From Azolla caroliniana (Eukaryota; Plantae; Polypodiophyta), in assembly GCA_043228905.1 (NCBI GenBank), contig JBHGNT010000001.1:26164001-26228000 (forward strand): a stretch of 64,000 nt of DNA. The letters are read 5' to 3'. The notes beneath the pieces are model-generated. The model did not search any database. It had not been told where the DNA came from and saw only the letters and a program-made list of their open reading frames with translations. Of this stretch, positions 51,104 through 61,895 are shown piece by piece. Numbering within the stretch: the first letter of the stretch is position 1; each line of letters starts with the position of its first letter. Made by a program: the position numbers and the translations under genes.

Positions 51104-51175
51104 AGGTTCCATCGAGATTTGAACTCCGATTACTAGATTCAAAGTCCAATGTGCTAACCACTAAACCATGGAAAC
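51104..51175 (-). pseudogene. tRNA-Gln(UUG) probable pseudogene
   Basis: Full length, with mismatches in the acceptor, D and T stems. Same slot as 52273-52344, 53907-53978, 54855-54926 and 56479-56550. Confidence 0.75.
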
Positions 51176-51531
51176 AATAAAAAAAATGTATTTTTTCAAG
51201 TATCCCATACCTCAATGTATCACTTTCTTTCCATTGACACTCAACCATACAATGCCTATTCAAGAAAAGAGTCAAGCATCACTTTCTTTCCATTGATACT
51301 CAACCATACAATGACTATTCAAGAAAAGAGTCAAGCATCATTTTGTTTCCAATGATACTCAACCATACAATGACTATTCAAGAAAAGAGTCAATCAGGTT
51401 TCACAAAGCCTTCAACTCGAGTAATTGCATTCAAAGTCTTGTGATACACTGCAGGGTTAGTGGATTCAGAGTCTCGTTTATCACTGCATTGATACTCAAT
51501 GATACAGTCATTACTATACAGAAACTCACGC

Positions 51532-51603
51532 AGGTTCCACTAAGATTTGAACTCGGGTTATTGGATTCAGAGTCCAAAGTCCTAACCACTAGACCTTGGA
51601 AAC
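51532..51603 (-). pseudogene. tRNA-Gln(CUG) probable pseudogene
   Basis: GTTTCCAAGG...TTGGA CT CTG AA TCCAA...: anticodon arm intact, but acceptor and T stem mismatched and U8 lost. Confidence 0.75.
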
Positions 51604-52524
51604 ATTAGTTGAGTAAAAACTGAGTACGAAGATCAACATAGAGAAATGATACACAATGATGGGAAGTGACATAATCTAACTTCCCATCCTCATGTATCAT
51701 TTTGGTTGCATTGATGCTCAAACATATAATGACTATTCAAGAAACAATTCCACCAAGAGTTGAACTCACGTTATTTGATTCAAAGTCCAATGTCCTAACC
51801 ACTTGTCCATAGGATGGTATAGCTCCAAGATTGGAAATAGGATGGTCTGGAAATACCATGGAGGGTCTGAATCCGTATCCTACAATTCAATATCAAATAT
51901 TAAGCCATAATAATATTGAGAGATGTCAACATCATATGGTATCTAGGGGAGTAACATAGTGAAGTGATACATCAGAATGGGATACTCAAACATATAGTGA
52001 CGATTCAAGAAAAGCGTGAAGAAGGTTCCACCAAGATTTGGGGGAGTAGCATAGTGAAGTGATACATGAGGATGGGACACTCAAAGAGATAGTGACTATT
52101 CAAGAATAGAGTGAAGAAGGTTCCACCAAGATTGGGATACTCAAACATATAATGACGATTCAAGAAAAGCGTGAAGAAGGTTCCACTGAGATTTGGGGGA
52201 GTAGCATAGTGAAGTGATACATGAGGATGAGACACTCAAAGAGATAGTGACTATTCAAGAATAGAGTGAAGAAGGTTCCACCAAGATTTGAATTGTTGTT
52301 ACTAGATTCAAAGTCCAATGTGCTAACTACTAGACCATGGAACCAATACCATACAATGACTATTCAAGAAAAGAGTCAAGCAAATTTCACCAAGTCTTTA
52401 ACTTGAATTATTGGATTCAAGGTCTTGTGATACACTACGGGGTAGGGTTATTGGATTCAAAGTCTCATTTATTACTGCATTGATACTCAACCATACAGTG
52501 ATTACTATCAACAAAAACTCACGC

Positions 52525-52596
52525 AGGTTCCACCGAGACTTGAACTCGGGTTATTGGATTCAGAGTCCAATGTCCTAACCACTAGACCACGGAACC
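52525..52596 (-). tRNA. trnQ-CUG: tRNA-Gln(CUG), intact
   Basis: GGTTCCGTGGTCTAGTGGTTAGGACATTGGACTCTGAATCCAATAACCCGAGTTCAAGTCTCGGTGGAACCT. All four stems pair, A and B boxes are intact, and a T5 tract lies ~8 nt downstream. Confidence 0.93.
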
Positions 52597-52636
52597 ATTC
52601 GATGAATAAAAAAGTGAGTACGAAGATGAACATAGA

Positions 52637-52697
52637 AAAATGATACACAAGGATGGGAAGTCACATAATCTAACTTCCCATCCTTGTGTATCATTTT
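52637..52697. other. Perfect 25-bp hairpin with 11-nt loop in the array spacer (one per unit)
   Basis: AAAATGATACACAAGGATGGGAAGT (52637-52661) and its exact reverse complement (52673-52697). Homologues near 50100, 51645, 53436, 54278, 55278, 57190 and 63789. Confidence 0.9.
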
Positions 52698-53322
52698 GGT
52701 TGCCTTGATGCTCAAACATATAATGAGTATTCAAGAACCAAGACTTGAACTCAAGTTATTTGATTCAAAGTTCAATGTCCTTGTCCATAGGATGGTATAG
52801 CTCTAAGATTAGAATTGTGATGGTTTGGAAATATCATGGAGGTCTGATTCAAGAAAAGAGTGAAGAATGTTCCACCAAGATTTGGGGGAGTAGCATAGTG
52901 AAGTGATACACGAGGATGGGATACTCAAACATATATTTATTAGTGAAGAAGGTTCCACCGAGATTGGGGGAGTAGCATAGTGAAGTCATACATGAGGTAG
53001 ATAGTGACTATTCAAGGTTTCACCAAGACTTCAACTCGAGTTATTGGATTCAAAATCTTGTGATGTAGTGCAGGGTTATTGGATTCAAACTAGGTTATTG
53101 GATTCAAAGTCCAATGTGCTAACCACTAGACCATGGAACCAATAGATACTCAACCATGCAATGACAATTCAAGAAAAGAGTCAATCAGGTTTCACCAAGA
53201 CTTCAACTTGAGTTATTGGATTCAAAATCTTGTGATACAGTGCAAGGTTATTGGATTCAAAGTCTCGTCTATCAATGCATTGATACTCAACCATACTATG
53301 ACTACCATACAAAAACTCACAC

Positions 53323-53394
53323 AGGTTCCACTGAGACTTGAACTCCGGTTATTGTATTTAGAATCTAATGTCCTAACCACTAGACCATGGAACC
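53323..53394 (-). pseudogene. tRNA-Gln-derived pseudogene with CUA anticodon
   Basis: Loop TT CTA AA (TAG on + at 53359-53361); two mismatches in the anticodon stem, and T stem damaged. Confidence 0.8.
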
Positions 53395-54165
53395 ATTAGA
53401 TAAATAAAACAGTGAGTACAAAGACCAACCTAGAAAAATGATACACAAGGATGGGAAGTCACATAATCTAACTTCCCATCCTTGTGTACAATTTTGGTTG
53501 CATTGACACTCAAACATATAATGAGTATTCAAGAACCAAGACTTGAACTCAAGTTATTTGATTCAAAGTTCAATGTCCTAACCACTTGTCCATTGGATGG
53601 TATGCCCTAAGATTGGAAATAGGATAGTCTGGAAATACTATGGAGGGTTTGAATCCGTATCCTACAATTCATTATCAAATATTAAGCCATAATAATATTT
53701 AGAGATGTCAACATCATATGGTATCTAGCGGAGTTACATAGTGAAGTGATACATCAGGTTGTGATATTCAAACATATAGTGACGATTCAAGAAAAGAGTG
53801 ACGAAGGTTCCACTAAGATTTGGGGGAGTAGCATAGTGAAGTGATACACGAGGATGGGATACTCAAACATATATTTATTAGTGACTATTCAAGAAAATAG
53901 TGGAGAAGGTTCCACTTACATTTGAACTAGGGTTACTGTATTCAAAGTCCAATGTGCTAACCACTAGACCATGGAACTAATAGATATTCAACCATACAAT
54001 GAATATTCAAGAAAAGAGTCAATCAGGTTTCACCAAGCCTTCAACTCGAGTAATTGAATTCAAAGTCCTGTGATACACTGTGGGGCGGGGTTATTGGATT
54101 CAAAGTCTCGTTTATAACCGTGTTGATACTCAACCATATGGTGACTACTACACACAAACTCACGC

Positions 54166-54236
54166 AAGTTCCATCGTACTTGAACTCGGGTGATTGGATT
54201 TAGAGTCCAATGTCCTATCCACTAGACTATGGAACC
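54166..54236 (-). pseudogene. tRNA-Gln-derived copy with CUA (amber-reading) anticodon, T stem damaged
   Basis: Anticodon arm TTGGA CT CTA AA TCCAA pairs perfectly (TAG on + at 54201-54203). The 3' strand of the T stem has a deletion and substitutions. Confidence 0.8.
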
Positions 54237-54854
54237 ATTAGGTGAATAAAAATGTGAGTACGAAGACCAACATAGACAAATGGTACACAAGGTTGGGAAG
54301 TCACATAATCTAACTTCCTATCCACATGTATCATTTTGGTTGCATTGATGCTCAAACATATAATGACTATTCAAGAAAAGTCATTCCACCAAGACTTGAA
54401 CTCACGTTATTTGATTCAAATTCCAATGTCCTAACCACTTGTCCATCGGATGGTATAGCTCCAAGTTTGGAAATAGGAAGATGTGAAAATATCATGGAGG
54501 GTCTGAATCCCTATCCTACAATTCAATATAAAATATTAAGCCATAATAATATTGAGAGATGTCAACATCATATGGTATCTAGGGGAGTAACATAGTAAAG
54601 TGATACATTAGGATGGGATACTCCAACATATAGCGACGATTCAAAAAAAGAGTGAAGAAGGTTCCAACGAGATTTGGGGGAGTAGCATAGCAAAGTGATA
54701 CATGAGGATGGGATACTCAACCATATAGTTATTAGTGACTATTCAAGAAAAGAGTGAAGAAGGTTCCACCGAGATTGGGGGAGCAACATAGGGAAGTGAT
54801 ACATGAGGATGGGATACTCGAACATATTGTGACTATTCAAGACTAAAGTGAAGA

Positions 54855-54926
54855 AGGTTCCACCGAGATTTGAACTCGGATTACTGGATTCAAAGTCCAA
54901 TGTGCTTACGACTTGACCATGGAACC
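54855..54926 (-). tRNA. trnQ-UUG: tRNA-Gln(UUG), near-intact (D arm altered; may be a pseudogene)
   Basis: Acceptor, anticodon and T arms pair. The D-loop GG is changed to CG and the D stem has a mismatch. Confidence 0.55.
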
Positions 54927-55160
54927 AATAGAAAATTGTAAATAACATCTCATACCTCACACGTATCACTTTGTTTGCATTGATTCTCAACCATACAATG
55001 ACTATTCAAAAAAAGAGTCAACCAAGTGTCACGAGGACATCAACTCGAGTTATTGGATTCAATGTCTTTTTATACACAACGGAGTTATTTGATTCAAAGT
55101 CTCGTTTATTACTACATTGATTCTCAACCATACAGTGATTACTATGAAAAAAACTCAAGT

Positions 55161-55232
55161 AGGTTCCACCGAGACTTGAACTCAGGTTATTGGATTCAAA
55201 GTCCAATGTCCTAACCACTAGACCATGGAACC
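55161..55232 (-). tRNA. trnQ-UUG: tRNA-Gln(UUG), intact
   Basis: GGTTCCATGGTCTAGTGGTTAGGACATTGGACTTTGAATCCAATAACCTGAGTTCAAGTCTCGGTGGAACCT. All stems pair (one G-U in the T stem), and a T7 tract lies downstream. Confidence 0.9.
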
Positions 55233-55361
55233 ATTAGTGGTATAAAAAAAGCGAGAACATTGATCAACATAGAAACAATATACACAAGGATGGGAAGTCA
55301 CATAATCTCACTTCTTATCCTCGTATATCATTTTAGTTGCATTGATGCTCAAACATATAAT

Positions 55362-56001
55362 TGTTGTAGACAGCGCTCGGCCACAACCGAGGAATAGGAT
55401 CTACTCACAGAAAACGGGAAATACAAGAATGCACGAAAACAATAAAGAGAAGGGTACACTGGATGTTTTACGTGGAAAACCCTAAATGGGAAAAACCACG
55501 GGAGTGCAAGACTCCAACTATCACTATACGCGGGGAATGTACATGGCGAGCTGCAAGGCGACGACCTTGAGCTCGCTGTCCTCGCCACAGGCGGCGGTAT
55601 TACACAGAGGCGTCGACCTCTTCCTTCCTCTTTCTCTCTCACTCTCTCTCGGCTGCTCTCACTTCGCTTCCTCTCAGTGGAAAACAGAAAAATGAGCAAC
55701 AACATAAAACTGTTTGCCCTAAGTCATACTTATACACATATGACTTTCGGGCTATTTACAAATATAGCCTCAAGGGCCCTTGGCAAACATATTCACAAAT
55801 ATGTCCCCGCATCCGGATCTCTCTCCGGGTACATTCGTCATCCGGCTCCGTAACCGGGGTCTTCATCATCCGGATCCGTATCCGGGTACTCTTCATCCGG
55901 CTTCATGCCGGGTACTCTTCATCATCCGGTTCCGTAACCGCAACCGGGCTTGCCGTCATTCATCTCCGGACATCCCATCCGGAGGGACCGAAATCCCAAC
56001 A
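55362..56001 (-). mobile_element. Solo LTR related to the element A lineage, TSD ATAAT
   Basis: TG...CA ends; TSD ATAAT at 55357-55361 and 56002-56006. Removing it restores the array spacer CAAACATATAATGACTATTC. The minus strand starts TGTTGGGA..TCCCTCCGGATGGGA and contains CTCGGTTGTGGCCGAGCG, as in LTR A. Confidence 0.93.
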
Positions 56002-57077
56002 ATAATGACTATTCAAGAAAAGATTCCACCATGACTTGAACTCAAGTTTTTTGATTCAAAGTCCAATGTCCTAACCACTTGTCCATAGGATGGTATAGCA
56101 GATTGGAAATAGGATGGTCTGGAAATACTATGGAGGGTTTGAATCCGTATCCTACAATTCAATATCAAATATTAAGCCATAATAATATTTAGAGATGTCA
56201 ACATCATATGCTATCTAGGGGAGTAACATAGTGAAGTGATACATCAGGATGGGATACTCAAACATATAGTGACGATTCAAGAAAGTGTGAAGAAGGTGCT
56301 ACCGAGTTTTGGGGGAGCAACATAGTGAAGTGATACTCAAACATATAGTTATTAGTGACTATTTAAGAAAAGAGCGAAGAAGGTTCCACCGAGATTGGGG
56401 GAGCAGCATAATGAAGTGATACATGAGGATGGGATACTCAAACATGTTGTGACTATTCAAGAATAAAGTCAATGAAGAAGGTTCCACCAAGATTTGAACT
56501 CGAGTTACTAGATTCAAAGTCCAATGTGCTAACCACTAAGCCATGGAACCAATAGAAAAAAGTAAATAGCATCCCATACCTCACACATATCACTTTGTTT
56601 CCATTGATTCTCAACCATACAATGACTATTCAAGAAAAGAGTCAACCGAGTTGAAGACTTGTTTCACTAAGTCTTCAACTCGAGTTATTGGATTCAAGGT
56701 CTTGTGATACACAAGGGGGTTATTTGATTCAGAGTCTCGTTTATCACTACATTGATACTCAACCATACAATGATTACTATGAAAAACCTCAAGTCTTCAA
56801 AGTCCAATGTGCTAACCGCTAAGCCATGGAACCAATAGAAAAAAGTAAATAGCATCCCATACCTCACACATATCACTTTGTTTCCATTGATCCTGAACCA
56901 TACAATGACTATTCAAGAAAAGAGTCAACCAAGTTGAAAACTTGTTTCACTAATTCTTCAACTCGAGTTATTGGATTCAAGGTGTTGTGATACACAACGG
57001 GATTATTTGATTCATAGTCTCGTTTATCACTACATTGATACTCAACCATACAATGATTACTATGAAAAACCTCAAGT

Positions 57078-57149
57078 AGGTTCCACCGAGACTTGAACTC
57101 GGGTTATTGGATTCAGAGTCCAATGTCATAACCACTAGACCACGGAACC
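57078..57149 (-). tRNA. trnQ-CUG: tRNA-Gln(CUG), essentially intact
   Basis: Differs from 52525-52596 by one base (TTAGGAC to TTATGAC); stems pair; T5 tract downstream. Confidence 0.85.
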
Positions 57150-57508
57150 ATTAGTTGAATACAAATATTAGTACTAAGAAGAACATAGAAAAATGATACA
57201 CGAGGATGGGAAGTGAGATTTAATATAACTTCCCATCCTCGTGTATCGTTTTGGTTGCATTAATTGTCAAACATATAATGACTATTCAAGAAAAGATTCC
57301 ACCATGACTCAAACTTAGTGTTGTGGAGAAGAGGTCCCTCTTGTTGGGAGGAGAGTCTATTCAGCCCAGAGTCGCCTGTATGCTGGCTAATCTGGCTGTG
57401 AGCTAGACCAATATGAGAGCTAGCTATGTTAGGAGCCGATTTGGCTGAGCCAACTAGAGGCAAGCCGGCTTGAAGCCGATACAAGGCTATTTTTTTAAGT
57501 ACCTATAC

Positions 57509-57550
<42 letters not shown>

Positions 57551-57869
57551 TTACAGAGCTAGGGAAATACAGGTGTGTGTGATGATTATTAGATTTAAAT
57601 AATCAGAGCGTGAGAGTGAGAAGTAGTTGTATATTCGTCCACTGTGACGAAGATGAACTCAACGTTGCTACCTTTCAAGTATGTTCAAGCTAACTAGCCG
57701 AAACTATTCAGTTTGGAAGTCCTGTGGTTGCTAGTACAAAATGGCAAAGACAAACCGGATAACATAGATGCTTTGGTTTGGGAAGCCACGCATTAAAGGC
57801 ATCTACATATATACGATGTTTTATAGACATGAGACTATATAACAACTTCAATTATGAGACAGAAGCTTA

Positions 57870-58323
57870 TGTTAGAGAAATGTTCTAAAGTAAGCATATG
57901 ATAAGGATAAAAGATAGATAAATACGAAAGGAGAGAGAGAAAGAAGGGTGTCGATCCACCCGACCACACTCGAGCGAAGGGATCGAGACGGACTCGAGCC
58001 TCGATCGGCGTCCCATACTACCATCGTGGCGTCCTGTTGTACCTAGTGCTCGCACGCTCGCTACAAAAGTGGACCCACCACATTATCAGAGTCTAGACAT
58101 AGTCGATCATGTGTCAAATGAGGGTAGCTAGGCCTCATATTTATAGCCAGACCTAAGGTCCCCTGGCAAGTTCACACTTGGCCTAATGGGTTGTCTCAAT
58201 CCCGAGAATAAAAGTAATCCTCCACTTCTTTACACTCTCGTTTAACCCTCACACTTTATCCATGTGTATAGAATACTACGATAAATTCTCACCACGGGAT
58301 ATTATATGGTCATGCTCGTAACA
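57870..58323. mobile_element. Solo LTR inserted in the gag of element D
   Basis: TGTTAGAG...CTCGTAACA ends. The gag frame matching element A resumes after it. Flanks GCTTA / ACTGA fit a decayed 5-bp TSD. Confidence 0.75.
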
Positions 58324-61300
58324 ACTGATGTCTCATGGAAGAAGATACAAACTATGTTTGAGATGAAGTTTGCCCTAATTAGAGTTCCCACCTTGAGGAA
58401 GTGAGGTTGAGATATCAGGATGGCTCGAGCATGGCGGAACACCTTAATGCCTTCTAGGGACTTATAAACCAAACCGTCTCACTTGAAATACCTCTATCTA
58501 ATGAGATATTAGCCTTGCTGGTGCTAGACTCATTTCCAAACAGCTGGGAGACACTTGTGGTGACCTTGAGTAACTCCACATCACAAGAGAAACAGTTGAC
58601 CCTAGACATGGTAAAGGCGACCCTGTTGAATGAAGAAGTTGGATGAAAGGACAAAGAGTTCAACTCTGACCATACGGCATTAGTCATAGAAGGTGACTCA
58701 AATAGAGGAAGGGGTAGGTAGAGATGTTCTCAAAATAGTGACAAGTCCAAAACCAGATCAAAGTCTAGAGGAAGGCTCACGTGCTTCTACTATGGGAAGT
58801 GGGGGCACTTCCAGAAGAGTTTTCGGCACTATAGAAAGGACAAAGGAGGAGCTGAGGGTGTTGAGCCGAAAAAGATTTCGAACAGTAAGAACATCTCGGC
58901 CATCATTGCAAGTGAACAAGAGCTATTGTTCATCACCGAATAGAGCTATGCAAATCTCGCCAACGATGAATCAACATGGGTTGGTGATTCGGGTGCATCG
59001 TTCCACCTGACACCCAAGAGAGAGTGCTTCTCATCCTACACAACTGGAGACTACGGAGATGTTAAGCTGGGAAATGACGGAGCGTGCAAAATTGTGGGCA
59101 TAGGAAATGTGTTGCTGACAACATCGACGGGTTGTAGAATGTTGCATAAAGATGTATGCCATGTTCCGGATATCAAGTTGAATCTAATATTGGCCGGATG
59201 ACTAGATGATGAAGGTTATTTTGGTAGCTTTCAAAACGAAGGTTATTGTGGAAATTCTGCAAAGGGAACCTAATAGTTGCTCGTGCTCTAAAGCAAAACA
59301 CACTATATGTAATGTATGCATGGTTGTGCCGGAATGAAGTAAATGTGGCAGCCGACACATCCGGTGAGTTGTGGCACAAGAGGCTAGGCCACATGAATAA
59401 AAGGGGAATGCAGATGCTTGCCGAAAAGGAACTCCTACGGGAGATAAGAAATGTGCATCTTGATAAATGTGTAGACTGCTTGGCCGGCAAGCAAAACAAG
59501 GCCGCCTTTCACCCTATGCCTTCGATGAGGAGGAAATTTGTGTTGGAATTTGTGCACACCAATGTATGCTATGTAGATGCAAAATCACACGTCCATGCAC
59601 AATACTTTGTTACGTTCATTGATGATTATAGCTGAAAGTTATGGGCTTTTGTGCAGAAGACAAAGGACTAGGCGCTATCGGTCTTTAAAGAATTCCACGC
59701 TAGAGCCGAAAGGGAATCTGGACGAAAGCTGAAGGCCCTCCAGACTGACAAAGGTAGAGAGTACCGAGGGCAGTTTGAGAAGTACTGCCAAAGCCAAGGA
59801 ATCAAGATTGAATACACAGTACCGAAAACTCTTGAGCTAAATGGAATGATCGAGAGAATGAATAGAACGATCATGGAAAATGTTAGAAGTATGCTATCAC
59901 ATGCCAAGTTGTCAAAGACCTATTGGGCGGAGGCGTTGATGAGACGGTTTACATATAAATAGGTCTTCCTTAGTGCCATTAGATGGTGATGTCCCACATA
60001 GGGTGTGGACAAACAAAGATGTGTCATACCAACATATGAGGGTGTTCGATTGTTTGCCATATGTGTATATAGCTAAGGAACAAAGATCAAAATTGGACAA
60101 CAAAAGCCGGCCATGTATTTTCTTAGGGTACAATGAGGACAAATTCGTTTATAAACTATAGGACTTGATAGACAAGAAATTCATCAAGAACCGGGATATA
60201 GTGTTCATGGAGGATAAGATCATTGTCGACTAGGAGATGCAGAAATCAGGGTCATCTTACCAGCCAGTCGGCATAAGGCAGCCAGTTGAAGCAGCCAAAT
60301 CCGAACTAGCTGATACAAGCCAAATCAAATACCAATCAACCGATAGTTGGCAGCTGGCTGATGAGCATTGGGAGCCGACCGGCATAAGGCAGTCGACCAA
60401 TGAAGTTGAATCAGATTTGGATGAAGAGCCAATTGATGCAGCTGAACCAGAACCAACTACTTACAGAAGAAGGTACCCCTTGAGACAAAGGAGAGCCCCA
60501 TGCCAATTTCCAGACAAAGAGAGTGTGCTACCGACTGAAGAAGGGAAGCCAGAAAGCTTCGAGAAAGCCATGATAGATACTCACAACAAAGAGTGGTACA
60601 TGCCATGCAAGGTGAAATGGAATCCTTGCAAGAGAACCACACGTATGAGCTAATCGGGTTGCTGAAAGGAAAGAACACACTCCAAAACAAGTGGGTATAC
60701 AAGATGAAACCGGGAGAAGGTGAAAATCCACCTAGGTACAAAGCCCACGTAATGGTGAAGGGTTTCCAACAGAAGAAGGATGTGGATTTCAACGAAATAT
60801 GTGCCCCGGTAGTCAAGATGACATCCATCATAACTGTGTTGAGCATTGCGTCCAACATGAACTTGGAAATAGAGCAGTTAGATGTCAAGACTGCAATTCT
60901 GCATGGTGATCTAGAGGAAGAGATCTACATGCAACAACATGAAGGATTTGAGAACAAGGGAAAAGAAAATCTTGTATGCCGGCAGCAACATACGTTTGCG
61001 TTCACAAGTGGAAGGATCGCGCATTCCACTTATAGATTCCTTTTATAATCTTGCGATTTTAGGCAGTTTTCAAAAACTTGATACACCAATATCACATGTT
61101 TTAAATAGCATATAAAATTTGCTAGTTTTTTGAGATTTGATAATTTCTCAAAATGATAATTTCTAAAATTGAATAGTTTTTCAATCAATGTTAAAACGTT
61201 GACGGTCTGCAAATATGAAATGTAGTTAACTTAAAGAAAATCACAATCATATGGCTAACTCAAGGCACAAGTTACGATTAATGGTTTCACCATCTTGAGG

Positions 61301-61490
61301 AGATGTACGTTCCAAAGGTGGAAGTGGCATCTATTGTTAGACTTAAAAATGTTTTAAGTATAAGTGGTAACACTGTAATCCTTACTATCATCATCTATAA
61401 ATTTAGTGCTCATCAACATCCATAATTTCACAACTCAAGAAATGTAGACAATATTCATAAATAGTTTTGATAAATTCAGAACTCCAAAAA

Positions 61491-61890
61491 TGTAGACAAT
61501 ATTCATAATCTGTCAAACTTAAACGTGAACATTAATATATCAATTTGAACATATCACATAGTTATCAAGTTATCGACACTGCTCTCCTCTTCTTCCTTTT
61601 GAGAACTCCCCTACAAAATTTGTGTAGACAATATTCATAAACTGTCAAACTTAGACGTGAACATTAATATATCAATTTGAACATATCACATAGTTATCAA
61701 GGTATCCAAACTGCTCTCCTCTGCTTCCTTTTGAGAACTCCCCTACAAAATTTGTGCAAACAATATTCATAAACTATCAAACTTAGACGTGAACATTAAT
61801 ATATCAATTTGAACATATCACATAGTTATCAAGGTATCCACATTGCTCTCCTCTTCTTCCTTTTAAGAACTCCCCTACAAAATTTGTGTA
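61491..61890. repeat. 132-bp tandem repeat, 3 copies
   Basis: Units start at 61491, 61623 and 61755 (TGTAGACAATATTCATAA...CTCCCCTACAAAATTTG). Confidence 0.9.
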
Positions 61891-61895
61891 GTATT

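Larger units (their letters stand above)
49520..57318 (-). repeat. Higher-order tandem array of tRNA-Gln genes and pseudogenes (unit ~0.8-1.0 kb)
   Basis: More than 20 full or partial copies of AGGTTCCACCGAGACTTGAACTCGGGTTATTGGATTC(A/G)GAGTCCAATGTCCTAACCACTAGACCATGGAACC-like sequence (reverse complement of tRNA-Gln). Equivalent copies start at 51532, 52525, 53323, 54166, 55161 and 57078 with shared spacers. Confidence 0.95.

Noticed and set aside
49670-56876. Short ORFs with recurring TLDFESSN / LELRLLD motifs
   Set aside because: Translations of the tRNA copies, with no consistent start, stop or frame between units.
49558-57149. Organelle-derived (plastid or mitochondrial) trnQ insertion
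   Set aside because: The copies have the eukaryotic cytosolic tRNA-Gln form (GGTTCC...GGAACCT, including CUG), and no organellar genes flank them.
49520-57318. CRISPR-like repeat/spacer array
   Set aside because: The repeats are tRNA-Gln copies, the spacers are themselves repeated rather than unique, there are no cas genes and the context is eukaryotic.
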